DNA of 64,000 nt from Vulcanimicrobiota bacterium (GTDB lineage: Bacteria > Vulcanimicrobiota > Vulcanimicrobiia > Eremiobacterales > Eremiobacteraceae). Made by a program: the position numbers and the translations under genes. Below are positions 10,309 through 21,124 of the stretch, piece after piece (positions within the stretch are counted from its first letter, which is position 1; each line of letters begins with the position of its first letter). Where the stretch lies: the NCBI GenBank assembly GCA_963812135.1, contig CAWETU010000001.1, positions 2,080,001 to 2,144,000 of the forward strand. Reading direction: 5' to 3'. Under the pieces are notes generated by a model. The model did no database searches, was not told where the DNA came from, and saw only the letters and a list, made by a program, of their open reading frames with translations.

Positions 10309-11115
10309 ATGAAGTCCGCCTTGGGGGTGCTCTTCGTGCTCGTGTCGCTCGCGAGCTCGGGCTGCATCGCGCGACCGCCGGACGTGGCATTGGTGACCGC
10401 ACCGCCCGTGCCCGGCACGCTCTACATCATGCATCCGTCGAACCGTCCCGATGGTCTGCTGGACGTCGAAGTGCGTCACAACGGCGCGCTCATCGATGGG
10501 CCATCGGTGACCGGTATGCTCATCGCCCGTGCGCAACCCGCATTGCGGATCTCCACCAAAGTCATCACCACGCGCAGCGGCGGCTGCGCGCCGATGGCGA
10601 TCTCGCCGCGCGGCATCTTCGTCGCATGCCTGCGTTCGGACGGCAGCGGCACCGTTTCGGTGATGCGGCGCGATTCCCCGACGGCGCCGCTGCACGACAC
10701 GCACGCGCGCGTCAGCGTCGACACACACCACATCGTCGGCTTCACGTCCGACACCGAGTTCGCGGTCGCCGGCGACGACACGACGTGCCCGATGTATTTT
10801 CGCACCGATGCACATGTGTACTCCGCCGAGCCGCGCGCGCGTTTGTTCGTGATCGACGCGGTCACCGGGCGGACAGTCCGCTCCGGCCCCTGCATCCACG
10901 GAGTCGTGACGGGCGATCACACCATCGTCTTCGTCGGCCACGATTCAAGCGAGGAACCGCAATACTCACGCGACGGCACGAATTGGCAGCCGGGTCTGGT
11001 CGTGGCACTCGACGGCGGCGGGCACGTGCTCGTCATCGACAAGAGCAACCGGCTTGTCGACGAACAAGATCGCCTCGTGTCGGACGACGTCGTCGATGCG
11101 ATGTGGACGCGTTGA
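10309..11115 (+). CDS. Hypothetical lipoprotein, beta-rich
   Basis: Lipobox-like LASSGC after a hydrophobic N-terminus. Confidence 0.65.
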   Translation: MKSALGVLFVLVSLASSGCIARPPDVALVTAPPVPGTLYIMHPSNRPDGLLDVEVRHNGALIDGPSVTGMLIARAQPALRISTKVITTRSGGCAPMAISPRGIFVACLRSDGSGTVSVMRRDSPTAPLHDTHARVSVDTHHIVGFTSDTEFAVAGDDTTCPMYFRTDAHVYSAEPRARLFVIDAVTGRTVRSGPCIHGVVTGDHTIVFVGHDSSEEPQYSRDGTNWQPGLVVALDGGGHVLVIDKSNRLVDEQDRLVSDDVVDAMWTR

Positions 11116-11177
11116 GCCACGCCCGCGTCTGAACCTCACTCGCAGGCAATACCTTCGGTCGAACAAAACCAACGGCA

Positions 11178-11804
11178 GTGATCGAAAAGATAGAGACGCG
11201 TTGGCCCGTCGCTTTGGCTATTGTCGCGCTCCTGTGGCTGCTCTTATCATTGCCTGCGCGACTTGCGCTTTTCCCGGTTTGGACGCTCTATGCAGCCGGG
11301 ATCGCGATGCTTGCGCCGTTGCTCGCGGTCGCGCTCGCGCGAGACAAGCGGAGATGGATGCGCATCGAACGCGGCGTGCTCGTCGTGCTCGTGGTGCTCG
11401 CCATCGTGGTCAACGTCATCGCGCTCTCGCGTCTTGTGCACGCGATGCTCAGCTCGCCGAGCGACATCCCGCCGCTCACGTTGCTCACGTCATCCGTGGC
11501 AGACTGGGTCGCGAACGTCATCTTGTTCGCGTTGCTCTATTGGCTGCTCGACCGCGGCGGGCCGGAAGGCCGGTCGAGCGACTCGTACGAGCCTGAAGAT
11601 TTCACCTTTACACAAGGATCCGTGCCGCGCGTGCCGGCCTTTGTCGACTACCTGGCGCTCGCGTTCAACACATCGACAGCGTTCAGTCCGACCGACACGC
11701 TGCCGGTCACGCCCCGCGGCAAACTGCTGATGATGACGCAAAGCGCGATCTCGCTCGTGACGGTCGTGGTTGTCGGCGCGCGTGCGATCAACATCCTGAA
11801 ATAG
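11178..11804 (+). CDS. DUF1345-like membrane protein
   Basis: LFALLYWLLDRGGP, FVDYLALAFNTSTAFSPTD, KLLMMTQSAISL. Confidence 0.75.
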   Translation: MIEKIETRWPVALAIVALLWLLLSLPARLALFPVWTLYAAGIAMLAPLLAVALARDKRRWMRIERGVLVVLVVLAIVVNVIALSRLVHAMLSSPSDIPPLTLLTSSVADWVANVILFALLYWLLDRGGPEGRSSDSYEPEDFTFTQGSVPRVPAFVDYLALAFNTSTAFSPTDTLPVTPRGKLLMMTQSAISLVTVVVVGARAINILK

Positions 11805-11893
11805 CGTTAACCCCAGGCGCCGGCTAGTCACATTCGCGCCCTCCGGCAGGGAACTGGCAGGAACGGCTTTGCGACACACCATAGCGTGTCGGT

Positions 11894-13831
11894 GTGGCAC
11901 AGCAGCGTCGCCTTACGGCGGAGCACCTTTATTCGCTGCCGATCGTCAGCGCGTGCGCGCTCGATTCGGGCGGCGGTCGCGTCGCGTACGTCAGAACGGT
12001 CGTAGACGCGGAGGCGAACGCCTATCGCGGCAGCGTTCGCGTCTTTGATCTCGGATCGCGCGGCACGACGGTGTTCACGCGCGGTGTGGCGCGCGACGCC
12101 GCGCCTGCGTGGTCGTCGGACGGCAGTCGCCTCTTCTTCCTGAGCGATCGCAGCGGCACAATGCAGGTGTGGTGCATCGATTGCGCCGGCGGCGAGGCGT
12201 ACGCAGCACCCGCGATCGACGGTTCCGTTTCTGAGTTTTCCGTCTCGCCCGATGGACGCTTCCTCGTGGCCGTCGCCGTGGACGGACAGGCGCGACGCGA
12301 TGTCGAGGCGCGCGGCTGGCGGCGCATCACGCGCCAGCGTTATCGTGCCGATGGCATCGGCTATCACGACGCCTACCCGCGTATCTGGCTGCTCGATCTC
12401 GTGCAAGGGACGGCGCGAGCCCTCACCGATGGAACGGGATTCATCGCCGGTCCTGCCTGGTCGCCCGATGGCGCGCAGATCGCGTACGCGGGCGAGCACG
12501 GTGCCGACGCCGACGGCGTCGCGATGCGCGAGCTGTGGGTGATGGCGGTGCGCGACGGAAGCGCGCCCCAGAAGATCCTCACGCTGCGCGGCTCGGTGAA
12601 TGCGCCTGCGTGGTCGAACGATGGATCACGCATCGCGTTCGTCGGTAGCGATAATCTCAAAGGCGCCTATGGGCTTGCGAATCAGAGGCTGTTCACGATC
12701 GCTGCGGGCGGCGAGCCGACGTGCCTCACGCCCGCGGAAGAGTGGACGTGCGGCGACGCGACGATCACCGATACCGGCGGCGCCGGCGCTCCGTCCGCGC
12801 CACAGTGGATGGCCGACGGCTCGATCGCGGTGCTCGGCACGCAGCGCGGCGCCACGCGCATCTTCGTGATCTCGCCGGATCTCGCGATCCGCGAAGCGAC
12901 GCCGTCGACGTTGTCGGTGAACGCGTTCGGACCAAGCCAGAGCGGCGGGTTCGTCTGCTGCGCGTCGCGATCGTCCATGCCGCCCGAGCTGTACAACATC
13001 AACGCCGGCGGCGCGCTGGACCGTCTCACATCTGAGACCAAGACGTGGTGCGAGCAGACCGGCGTGCGCGAAGCGGCGCGTCTCTCGGTGGACGGACCGG
13101 CGGGTCCGCTCGACGCCTGGCACCTTTCGTCCGACGCGGCTGCGCCCCGCCCATGCATCTTGCAGATCCACGGCGGGCCGCACTTCGCGTACGGCGAGAC
13201 CTTCTTCTTCGAATTTCAACTGCTCGCAGCCGCAGGCTACGACGTTGTCTATTGCAATCCGCGCGGCAGCCAAGGATATGGCGAGAGCTTCGCTGCGGCG
13301 ATCGTCGGCAAGTGGGGCGGGCCTCCGCTCGCCGATTGCCAAGCGGCTTTGGACACGGTGATTCTCCAAGGCGGCATCGACGAGAAGCGGCTGGGTGTGG
13401 CCGGCGGATCGTACGGCGGATATCTGACCGCGTGGGCGATCGGCCAGACGCGCCGTTTCGCCGCCGCGGTGGCGATGCGCTCAGCGACCAATCTCGAAAG
13501 TTTGTGGGGCACGTCCGAGGTGGGCCGGATGCTCGAGCTGGAGCTCGGCGGCACGCCTGCGCAGATCCCTGACGTCTATCGCCGCAACTCGCCGATCACG
13601 TACGCGGATGAGATGCGCACGCCGCTGCTGCTCATCCACGGCGAGCGCGACTATCGTTGTCCGATCGAGCAAGCCGAACAGCTGTTCAGCGCGCTGTATC
13701 AGCGCGGGCGCACCGTTGAGTTCATGCGCTTCCTCGAAGCCGATCACGGGCTTTCGCGCGGCGGTCCGCCGAAATTGCGGGTCGCGCGCCTGAACGCGAT
13801 CGTCGAGTGGTTCGACCACCGCCTTACCTAA
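11894..13831 (+). CDS. S9 family prolyl oligopeptidase/acylaminoacyl peptidase
   Basis: WSPDG propeller repeats, IHGGPH, GGSYGG nucleophile, HGERDYRC, DHGL. Confidence 0.95.
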   Translation: MAQQRRLTAEHLYSLPIVSACALDSGGGRVAYVRTVVDAEANAYRGSVRVFDLGSRGTTVFTRGVARDAAPAWSSDGSRLFFLSDRSGTMQVWCIDCAGGEAYAAPAIDGSVSEFSVSPDGRFLVAVAVDGQARRDVEARGWRRITRQRYRADGIGYHDAYPRIWLLDLVQGTARALTDGTGFIAGPAWSPDGAQIAYAGEHGADADGVAMRELWVMAVRDGSAPQKILTLRGSVNAPAWSNDGSRIAFVGSDNLKGAYGLANQRLFTIAAGGEPTCLTPAEEWTCGDATITDTGGAGAPSAPQWMADGSIAVLGTQRGATRIFVISPDLAIREATPSTLSVNAFGPSQSGGFVCCASRSSMPPELYNINAGGALDRLTSETKTWCEQTGVREAARLSVDGPAGPLDAWHLSSDAAAPRPCILQIHGGPHFAYGETFFFEFQLLAAAGYDVVYCNPRGSQGYGESFAAAIVGKWGGPPLADCQAALDTVILQGGIDEKRLGVAGGSYGGYLTAWAIGQTRRFAAAVAMRSATNLESLWGTSEVGRMLELELGGTPAQIPDVYRRNSPITYADEMRTPLLLIHGERDYRCPIEQAEQLFSALYQRGRTVEFMRFLEADHGLSRGGPPKLRVARLNAIVEWFDHRLT

Positions 13832-14253
13832 TGTAAGCGCTGCGCCAGAAAGTCATACTGCTTCGCGTTCTGGTCGGTCGCTATTCCGCTGAAGTTGTCG
13901 CCGAGGAACTGCGCCTCGACCTTGAACTTATTCGGCGACAGCATGTGGAAGACCAGCTCGATCTGCTTGGCCTTCTCGTGCCCGGACACCGTCACGTGTT
14001 GGCTGTAAAACGGGTCGGGGACGATGCTCGTCGTCTTGTAAGTCCCGGCGACGGCGCCGCCGGCGTTGATCGCGATCGTGAGCGCGCCGGTCCATTGCCT
14101 GCCGCGCCCGAATCGCGGTGTGATGGTGACTGTGTATTTGAGCGGCGCCACGGTCGGCGTCGGATGCGGCGCGGGCATTGCGGCCCCGGTCACCGGCGCT
14201 GAAGCTGCGCCGGCGAGGGCCGCCATGAGTAGCGCGATGCTCAAGACCTTCAT
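13828..14253 (-). CDS. Secreted hypothetical protein, paralog of 15228..15653
   Basis: RBS GGAGGT, signal peptide, WTGALTIAINAGG...GTYKTTSIVPDPFY. Confidence 0.75.
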   Translation of the reverse strand: MKVLSIALLMAALAGAASAPVTGAAMPAPHPTPTVAPLKYTVTITPRFGRGRQWTGALTIAINAGGAVAGTYKTTSIVPDPFYSQHVTVSGHEKAKQIELVFHMLSPNKFKVEAQFLGDNFSGIATDQNAKQYDFLAQRLH

Positions 14254-14267
14254 GGTCACCTCCGAGC

Positions 14268-14292
14268 CGGTCGAATAAATTCGACCGCTACA
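14268..14292 (-). repeat. GTAG-type REP-like palindrome, copy 1
   Basis: + strand CGGTCGAATAAATTCGACCGCTACA, directly abutting the ribF stop. Confidence 0.9.
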
Positions 14293-15201
14293 TTACAGAC
14301 GGGCGGCGGCGACGTCGCGTTTCATCTGTTCGATGAGCGCGTCCGCATTTTCGAAGCGCTGCTGTTCGCGTAGGAACCGCCAACCGCTCACGCCGAGCTG
14401 CTCGCCGTAGATGCTCTTGTCGAAATCAAGCACGTGGACCTCGAGCGCTGTCTCATGCCCGCCGAACGTCGGTTTGTCGCCGATGCTCACGACCGACGCA
14501 TAGTCTTGGCCATCGTAGCGCGTGGTGGCTGCGTACACGCCGGCGGGCGGTACGAGCTTCTCCTTGGGGACCTCGAGATTCGCGGTGGGGAAGCCGAGCA
14601 GATGTCCGCGGCCCTCGCCGCCGCGCACGATGCCGTGCACCGTGAACGGCGAGCCGAGCAGCTCATCGGCTTCGTCGAAGCGCCGTTCGTCGATCAGCTC
14701 GCGGATGCGCGAGCTCGAGACGCGCTGGCCGTCGTGCATGGTCAGCGTTTCGACTTCGAACGCGCAGTCCGAGCGCTCCAGCACGCTGCGCGCAAGCGCG
14801 ATGTCGCCGGTGCGCTCTTTGCCGAAACGCCAGTTGCCGCCGACCACGAGCAGACGCGTTCGCAGTTTGGCCAACAGCATGTCCTCGAGGAACGCTCGCG
14901 CACCAACTTGCTGGATGCGCTCGTCGAACGGCAACAAGAAGAGCACGTCGAGACCGCACGCGTCGAGCAGGTTGATCTTCTCCGCCACCGTGGTCAGCGC
15001 TTTGGGGGCTTTGTCCGGGTGTAGATAGGCGAGCGGATGGTGTTCGAACGTCAGGGCGCCCGCCAACATACCCGGCTTACGTCTGCCGCGTAAACGCTCG
15101 AGCACCGCGCGATGGCCGACGTGCACGCCGTCAAAGACGCCGATCGTCAGAAGAAGATCGGCGTCTGCGTGATATGCGTCGAGATCACGGACGATTTGCA
15201 T
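14293..15201 (-). CDS. ribF: Bifunctional riboflavin kinase/FAD synthetase
   Basis: IGVFDGVHVGH, VSSSRIR, GRGHLLGFPTAN, LEVHVLDF; position after truB. Confidence 0.97.
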   Translation of the reverse strand: MQIVRDLDAYHADADLLLTIGVFDGVHVGHRAVLERLRGRRKPGMLAGALTFEHHPLAYLHPDKAPKALTTVAEKINLLDACGLDVLFLLPFDERIQQVGARAFLEDMLLAKLRTRLLVVGGNWRFGKERTGDIALARSVLERSDCAFEVETLTMHDGQRVSSSRIRELIDERRFDEADELLGSPFTVHGIVRGGEGRGHLLGFPTANLEVPKEKLVPPAGVYAATTRYDGQDYASVVSIGDKPTFGGHETALEVHVLDFDKSIYGEQLGVSGWRFLREQQRFENADALIEQMKRDVAAARL

Positions 15202-15227
15202 CGCCGGCTATCGTGGTCTCACTGCGG

Positions 15228-15653
15228 CTAGTGCGATTTTGCGTTCGCACACGCCAACACTAGCGTGCCGCCGTTGTAGGACGAGGTGCCTTGGATGCCG
15301 TTGCTCATCACCTCGCCGCGAACGGTGAGGCTTGGCGAGACGCCGAAGCTCAGCCGGATATCTTTGCCGCTCAAGCCACCCGTGACCGTGATGATCCTGC
15401 CGTAGAGCGGATCGGGCTTGATCGATGTGCTTTTGTATTTGCCGTTGATGATGCCCTCAGCATTGACGGTGATCGTCATGTTGCCGGTCCACGGCGCGCT
15501 GTTCTTAAAGCGCTGCGTCCATTGACAGTTGTATGCTAGGGGAGTACCGACCGGCAACGCGCTCGCGGCGGGTTCGTTAGCGGCTACGGGACCACCGGAC
15601 GAAGCGGCGGCGAACAAGAGCGTTGCGACGAGACCGAAGATTAGATTTCTCAC
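15228..15653 (-). CDS. Secreted hypothetical protein, paralog of 13828..14253
   Basis: Signal peptide, WTGNMTITVNAEG...GKYKSTSIKPDPLY. Confidence 0.75.
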   Translation of the reverse strand: MRNLIFGLVATLLFAAASSGGPVAANEPAASALPVGTPLAYNCQWTQRFKNSAPWTGNMTITVNAEGIINGKYKSTSIKPDPLYGRIITVTGGLSGKDIRLSFGVSPSLTVRGEVMSNGIQGTSSYNGGTLVLACANAKSH

Positions 15654-15665
15654 TGAACATTTCTC

Positions 15666-16568
15666 CTATTGCGTCATGGATGGCGGAAAAACGCGATGCG
15701 GTGACAACGCACCGCCCGCATCGACGCTTCCAAACCCGATCAAGCGATTCCCGTGAAGGACGAGTGTAAGCGTACCCGAGCTGCGCTCGGGTGCTACATC
15801 CGGCTGCGAAGGGACGGGGTTGCCGTTGCGAAAGCGGCGCGCGGCTGCCTCATCGAGTTCGATGCGGGGGCCGCGCAGCACCGAGAGCGGGTCGAGCAGA
15901 CATGCGACCGGCGCCTTGGCGATGTCTTCGGGCAAGCATGCGGAGCCGATGCTGAACGGACCGGCGGCGGTGCGCACGAGTGCGCCCATGTGCGCGGGAA
16001 CGCCAAGCTGCCGACCGATCTCCTCGCAGAGCGAACGCACGTAGAGCCCCGCTTCGCATTCCACAAGCAGTCGCGCACCGCGTTCGCTCTTGGAGAGCAC
16101 GCGCAGCGTGTGCACCTTGGTGGGCCGGGCCGCGCGAGCCACATGCTGGCCGCGACGCGCGCTGACGTAGAGCGCTCGACCTGCGACCTTGACGGCAGAA
16201 TACATCGGCGGGACTTGGTCGAGCGGCCCCACCAGGCCCGCGGCGACCGAGTCGAGCCGAGCGCTCCAATCAGCCGGCAGCTGGCCCGTCTCAAGCACGC
16301 GGCCGCTTTCGTCAGCCGTGTCGGTCGAGGAGCCTAGGTTGAGATCGAAGACGTACTGTTTGTGCGAAGGCGAGATCAGGGGCAGCAACCGCGTCGCGTG
16401 ACCCACCGCAAGCACGAGCACGCCGCATGCTGTTGGATCCAGCGTGCCCCAGTGGCCGACCGGCGTCTTCCCCAACAGGCGCTTCACCCAACCGCCGAAT
16501 GCGGTGGACGTCATGCCGGGCGGCTTGAACGCGTTCAGAAAGCCGAAGTGGGAGAAGGTTTCGGTCAA
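15666..16568 (-). CDS. truB: tRNA pseudouridine(55) synthase
   Basis: KPPGMTS, GHWGTLDP, QVPPMYSAVK, GLYVRSL. Confidence 0.95.
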   Translation of the reverse strand: MTETFSHFGFLNAFKPPGMTSTAFGGWVKRLLGKTPVGHWGTLDPTACGVLVLAVGHATRLLPLISPSHKQYVFDLNLGSSTDTADESGRVLETGQLPADWSARLDSVAAGLVGPLDQVPPMYSAVKVAGRALYVSARRGQHVARAARPTKVHTLRVLSKSERGARLLVECEAGLYVRSLCEEIGRQLGVPAHMGALVRTAAGPFSIGSACLPEDIAKAPVACLLDPLSVLRGPRIELDEAAARRFRNGNPVPSQPDVAPERSSGTLTLVLHGNRLIGFGSVDAGGALSPHRVFPPSMTQ

Positions 16569-17572
16569 CGCACCGCCATCTGAGCGCGAACCGCGCTGAG
16601 CACTTTGGCGAGGGCCGCATCCGCCGGCCCGCTGAGCGGCGCGCCCGCCGCGCGGAAATGTCCGCCGCCACCGAGCGCCTTGGCGATCGCCATGACGTTG
16701 ACGCGCCCGCGCGAGCGCAGGCTCAACCGAAATGTGCCGTCGGGCTGCTCTTTGAGCAACGCCGCCACCTGCGATCGATCGACGGCGCGCAGCGCGCCGA
16801 CCACTTCCTCTAGATCTTCGCTGTCCGCGCCGATGTCAGCCAGCATGGCTTGCGTGACCACTGAGTAGCAGATGCCGTCATCGGTGAGCACCGCAGCATC
16901 CAGCGTGCGCCCGAGGATCTTCTGCGCGGCGAAGGTACGCGTCTGATACAGCTGCTCGGTGATGCGGTCTTTGTCGGCGCCGGCCTCGATGAGCGCGGCT
17001 CCGATGCGCAGCGTATCGGGCGTCGCGTTCGAATACATGAAGCAACCGGTGTCCGACAGGATGGCGCTGAGCAGGCATTCGGCGATATCTTTGGAGACCT
17101 CGACGTGCAGCCCGACGATGAGATGCAGCACGAGCACGCCGGTGGCCGCTTCGTGCTCGCGCACGTAGTTCCAACGGCCGAAGCGCGTATTGGAAAGGTG
17201 GTGGTCGATGTTGACGATGCGCTCGTGCGGCACCCAGGCCAGCGCCTTTCCGGCGCGCGCCTGATCGCTCATGTCGAAGAAGATGAACAGCGCGTCGTCC
17301 GCGACGCCGTCGAAGTTGCGCTGCGTCAAACCCGATTCGGGCAAGAACGTCAAGTTGCGCGGCACGTCGTCATCGAGGAAGTATTTGACGTCTTTGCCGA
17401 GCCGTTTGAGCGCGAGCCCAAGGGCGAAGCCGCTTGCGAGCACGTCGCAGTCGGGGTTCTCGTGGGCGCACATGACGAACTGGCGATGCGAACGCAGGGC
17501 TTCGAGCACGTCGCCGCCCGGCGCCTCGCCAGGTTGCCCGTTACTCTTTGTCGCGGTTGGCTCGAGCTTCAT
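16565..17572 (-). CDS. nrnA: DHH/DHHA1 oligoribonuclease/PAP phosphatase
   Basis: HENPDCD, NIDHH, SDTGCF, SLRSR, GGGGHFRAAG; between rbfA and truB. Confidence 0.9.
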   Translation of the reverse strand: MKLEPTATKSNGQPGEAPGGDVLEALRSHRQFVMCAHENPDCDVLASGFALGLALKRLGKDVKYFLDDDVPRNLTFLPESGLTQRNFDGVADDALFIFFDMSDQARAGKALAWVPHERIVNIDHHLSNTRFGRWNYVREHEAATGVLVLHLIVGLHVEVSKDIAECLLSAILSDTGCFMYSNATPDTLRIGAALIEAGADKDRITEQLYQTRTFAAQKILGRTLDAAVLTDDGICYSVVTQAMLADIGADSEDLEEVVGALRAVDRSQVAALLKEQPDGTFRLSLRSRGRVNVMAIAKALGGGGHFRAAGAPLSGPADAALAKVLSAVRAQMAVR

Positions 17573-17924
17573 CTCGTCGTTGCACCTCGTCGATGATGTT
17601 CGTCAATTTGACGCCTCGCTCGATGGACTCGTCGCGCACGAAGTGGATGGCCGGTGTGCGCCGCATGCCGAGGCGTTTGCCGAGCTCGACGCTCAAGAAG
17701 CCGGCGGCCGATGCGAGGCCCTTCATGCTCTGCGCGACGGCGCGCGGATCTCCCATCGGGCTGGCGAACACCTTCGCGCTGCTCAGATCAGGACTGATCT
17801 TGGCACCGGTGATCGTGACGAACCCCACGCGCGGGTCCTTCAGCTCCTTATGCAGCAACTCGCTCAGCTCGCGCACGATCTCGTGCTCCACCCGCTCAAG
17901 CCGTTTGCTTTTGGCGTCGTTCAA
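17541..17924 (-). CDS. rbfA: Ribosome-binding factor A
   Basis: KDPRVGFVTIT, SPDLSSAKVF, MRRTPAIHFVRDESIERG. Confidence 0.95.
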   Translation of the reverse strand: MNDAKSKRLERVEHEIVRELSELLHKELKDPRVGFVTITGAKISPDLSSAKVFASPMGDPRAVAQSMKGLASAAGFLSVELGKRLGMRRTPAIHFVRDESIERGVKLTNIIDEVQRRDEARANRDKE

Positions 17925-17962
17925 AGTCTCTATCCCACACAGGCGTTCGGTTGTCTAGGGTT

Positions 17963-17987
17963 CGGTCGAATAAATTCGACCGCTACA
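17963..17987 (-). repeat. GTAG-type REP-like palindrome, copy 2
   Basis: Exact consensus, abutting the stop codon at 17988. Confidence 0.9.
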
Positions 17988-18527
17988 TCACTCGGCAGAT
18001 TCTTCTTCTTCGTCTTCGGACTCATCGTCCTCAAGCCACGCGCGCGCCTTGTCGTCCTGCGCGGAGGCGAGCGCCCAGACGCGCACCGCTTCGGCGCGCT
18101 CCTGGTCGCCGCACTCGTTGAGCGTGTCGATGAGTTGCGAGCACGCGGCCGCCCACTGTTCGTCGGGCTCGTCCACGCCGAGCACGACCGCCGCCGCAAG
18201 ATGCGCGATCGCTGGCGGCCAGCGCTCGAGATTGGCAAGCGCTGCGCCAAGGTCGCCGTGCAGGCCCGCCGCGCTCGGATGGCGGTCCAGCCCTTGGCGC
18301 AACAGGTGTTCCTCGCGTTCGTCGTTGCCGAGCTCGAGACACAACGAGGCCATCAGCTGGACGCCGTCGGGGCCGAGGTCGCCGGATTCTTCGAACGGCT
18401 CGAGCAGCTGCAGCGCGCGGCGCAGCTCGGCGCGTTGCTCGGGCGACCACGGGTCGTCCGCATCGCCGTGGGCGACGATCACGTTGAAGTAGATCTCGTG
18501 CGCCTGCTCGACCACGTCGTTGTCCAT
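17988..18527 (-). CDS. Acidic TPR-like helical protein
   Basis: LHGDLGAALANLERWPPAIAHLAAAV TPR-like pattern, Glu/Asp tail; TAATG overlap with infB. Confidence 0.7.
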   Translation of the reverse strand: MDNDVVEQAHEIYFNVIVAHGDADDPWSPEQRAELRRALQLLEPFEESGDLGPDGVQLMASLCLELGNDEREEHLLRQGLDRHPSAAGLHGDLGAALANLERWPPAIAHLAAAVVLGVDEPDEQWAAACSQLIDTLNECGDQERAEAVRVWALASAQDDKARAWLEDDESEDEEEESAE

Positions 18528-21103
18528 TACGCCGGCGCGGCCGCCACCTCTTCGGTCGTGAACGCTTCGATCACATCGCCTTCTTTGATGTCGTTGTAGT
18601 TCTCGATCGACAGGCCGAGCTCGTAGCCCTCGGCGACCTCGCGGACGTCATCCTTGAAGCGCTTGAGCGACGCGAGCTTGCCTTCGTACACGACGACGCT
18701 GTCGCGCAGCACGCGCACGCCGGAGTCGCGCGTGATCTTGCCCGACTTGACGTAGGCGCCGGCGATCGTGCCGACCTTGCTGACTTTGAAGAGCTTGCGC
18801 ACTTCGACTTGACCGAGCACGACCTCGCGCGTCTGCGGCTTGAGCATGCCTGCGATGGCCGCCTTGACGTCGTCGATGACGTTGTAAATGACGTCGTACA
18901 ACCGGATATCGACGCCTTCCGATTCGGCTTTGCGCGATATCGTGGCGTCGGGCCGGATGTTGAAGCCGATGATGATCGCGTTGGACGCGCTGGCCAGCAT
19001 GACGTCGGACTCGTTGATGCCGCCGACGCCGGTGTGGATGACGCGCGTGCGCACCTCATCGTTCGCGAGGCCGTCAAGCTGCGACTTGAGCGCCTCGACC
19101 GAGCCTTGCGCATCGGTCTTGATGATGAGGTTGAGGTCCTTGATGCCGCCTTCTTTGGCTTGCGCCAAGAAGCCGTCGAGCGTCACGGTGCGCTTGGCGG
19201 TGGCCATGCGCTGCTCGCGCTTGCGCTGCGAACGTTTAGCGGCGAGCTCACGCGCGTCGCGTTCGTCCGAAACGACTTCCATAATATCGCCTGCGGCGGG
19301 CACATCGGACAAGCCCATGATCTCGGCCGGGATGGCCGGTCCCGCGCGCTTGATGGCTTCGAGCTTGTCGTCGAACAGCGCGCGCACGCGACCCCAGGTG
19401 GATCCGACGACGACGATGTCGCCGACGCGCAACGTGCCGTTCTTGACGAGCACGGTGGCGACCGGACCACGCGCCTTGTCGAGGCGCGCTTCGATGATCA
19501 CGCCTTGGGCGCGGCGGCTCTTGTTCGCCTTGAGGTCCAACAGGTCGGCGTTGAGCAACACCATCTCGAGCAGTTCGTCGATGCCGGTCTTCTGCTTGGC
19601 CGAAACGGGTATGAATTGCGTCGTTCCGCCATATTCTTCCGGCGCGAGCCCAAGGTCCGACAGCTGTTGCTTGACGCGATCTGGATTCGCATCGGGGCGG
19701 TCCATCTTATTGATGGCGACGACGATCGGCACGCCCGCCGCTTTCGCGTGGTTCATCGCTTCGATGGTCTGCGGCATGACGCCGTCGTCGGCGGCGACCA
19801 CAAGGATCGCGACGTCGGTGACTTTGGCGCCGCGCGCGCGCATCTCGGTGAACGCTTCGTGGCCGGGCGTGTCGATGAACGTGACTTTGCGGTCGCCCGT
19901 CTCAACCGTGTAGGCGCCGATGCGCTGCGTGATGCCGCCCGCCTCGCCCGCCGCCACCTTCGTGGAACGGATGGCGTCGAGCAGCGACGTCTTGCCGTGG
20001 TCAACGTGGCCGAGCACGGTGACGACCGGCGGCCGCGTGGTGAGCGAACCCGGCGGATCCGCCTCGACGACGATCTCCGGCGCGGCTTCTTCGCCGACTT
20101 CCTTGACGATCGTGTTGAAGCCGAAGCGGCGCGCCACTTGGCTGGCGACGTCGGGCGTGATGTGCTGATTGATGGTCGCCATCGTGCCCATGCGGATGAG
20201 CTGCGCGATGACTTGGCCCGCCGGCGTCTCCATCGCGGCGGCGAGCTGCTGCACGGTGATGAGGTCGGGAATCGGCAGATCCTTGAGGATCTCCGGTTCG
20301 GTGACCGTCGCGCCGACTTGCGCCGCGCGCGATCTCGGCTGCTGTTTCTTGAGCAGCGACTCGCGTTCGCGCTCTTTGCGGTCGCGCTCGAGCTCTTCGC
20401 GTGACTTCTTGCGCCCGCCACTCGGCGGGGCGCTCGGCATCGGGCCGGATTGCACCATGCCGCGGCCTGGACCGCCGGGGCCACCAGGGCGGCCGGCGCC
20501 TGGACCACCGGGGCGCGAGAATCCGGGGCGCGGACCAACACCGCGACCACCGAGCGGCTGCGGACCTGGACGAAGGTTGCCGCCGAGCGGACGTTGCGGC
20601 GGACGAGGCGGCGCAACTGCGCCCGCTTGCGCTGCGGGCCGTAGCGTCGGAATCGGCGCGGTTGGATCGGCCGATGCGGCCGGTATGACTTTGGGCGCCG
20701 GCGCAGGACGAGGCGCTGGGCGCGGCTGCTTTTGCGCAGGCGGCACTACGCGCAAGCGCACGACCGGCTCTTCGGGAATGACGGGGGCGGATGGCTGAGC
20801 GGGTGCTGGCGTCACGGCAGCGGTGGATTGCGCCGGCGGCGCGACAGGCGGCGGCGCAACTGCTTGTGCAGCGGCGGCGCCATTGCCCGTTGCGGGGGCG
20901 CTCTTCTTGGGGGCGATCTTGACGCGCTTTGCCTCTTCGGCGAGATTGCCCGTGAGCACGCCCTTGACGATCCGCGCGCGGTGCTCGTCGATCAGGCTCA
21001 TGTGCGTTGAGGCGGAAATGCCGACCTTGCTCAGGAGCGCGATCGTCTCCTGACTTGAGAGGTTGAGCTCTTTTGCGAGCTCATGTACTCGAACTCCAGC
21101 CAT
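18527..21103 (-). CDS. infB: Translation initiation factor IF-2
   Basis: [10 protein letters not shown]-domain, [32 protein letters not shown]. Confidence 0.98.
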   Translation of the reverse strand: MAGVRVHELAKELNLSSQETIALLSKVGISASTHMSLIDEHRARIVKGVLTGNLAEEAKRVKIAPKKSAPATGNGAAAAQAVAPPPVAPPAQSTAAVTPAPAQPSAPVIPEEPVVRLRVVPPAQKQPRPAPRPAPAPKVIPAASADPTAPIPTLRPAAQAGAVAPPRPPQRPLGGNLRPGPQPLGGRGVGPRPGFSRPGGPGAGRPGGPGGPGRGMVQSGPMPSAPPSGGRKKSREELERDRKERERESLLKKQQPRSRAAQVGATVTEPEILKDLPIPDLITVQQLAAAMETPAGQVIAQLIRMGTMATINQHITPDVASQVARRFGFNTIVKEVGEEAAPEIVVEADPPGSLTTRPPVVTVLGHVDHGKTSLLDAIRSTKVAAGEAGGITQRIGAYTVETGDRKVTFIDTPGHEAFTEMRARGAKVTDVAILVVAADDGVMPQTIEAMNHAKAAGVPIVVAINKMDRPDANPDRVKQQLSDLGLAPEEYGGTTQFIPVSAKQKTGIDELLEMVLLNADLLDLKANKSRRAQGVIIEARLDKARGPVATVLVKNGTLRVGDIVVVGSTWGRVRALFDDKLEAIKRAGPAIPAEIMGLSDVPAAGDIMEVVSDERDARELAAKRSQRKREQRMATAKRTVTLDGFLAQAKEGGIKDLNLIIKTDAQGSVEALKSQLDGLANDEVRTRVIHTGVGGINESDVMLASASNAIIIGFNIRPDATISRKAESEGVDIRLYDVIYNVIDDVKAAIAGMLKPQTREVVLGQVEVRKLFKVSKVGTIAGAYVKSGKITRDSGVRVLRDSVVVYEGKLASLKRFKDDVREVAEGYELGLSIENYNDIKEGDVIEAFTTEEVAAAPA

Positions 21104-21124
21104 GTGTCCGGCCGCCACAGCGGC

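Noticed and set aside
20400..20900. Pro/Gly/Ala low-complexity repeats in infB
   Set aside because: Normal variable N-terminal region of IF-2.
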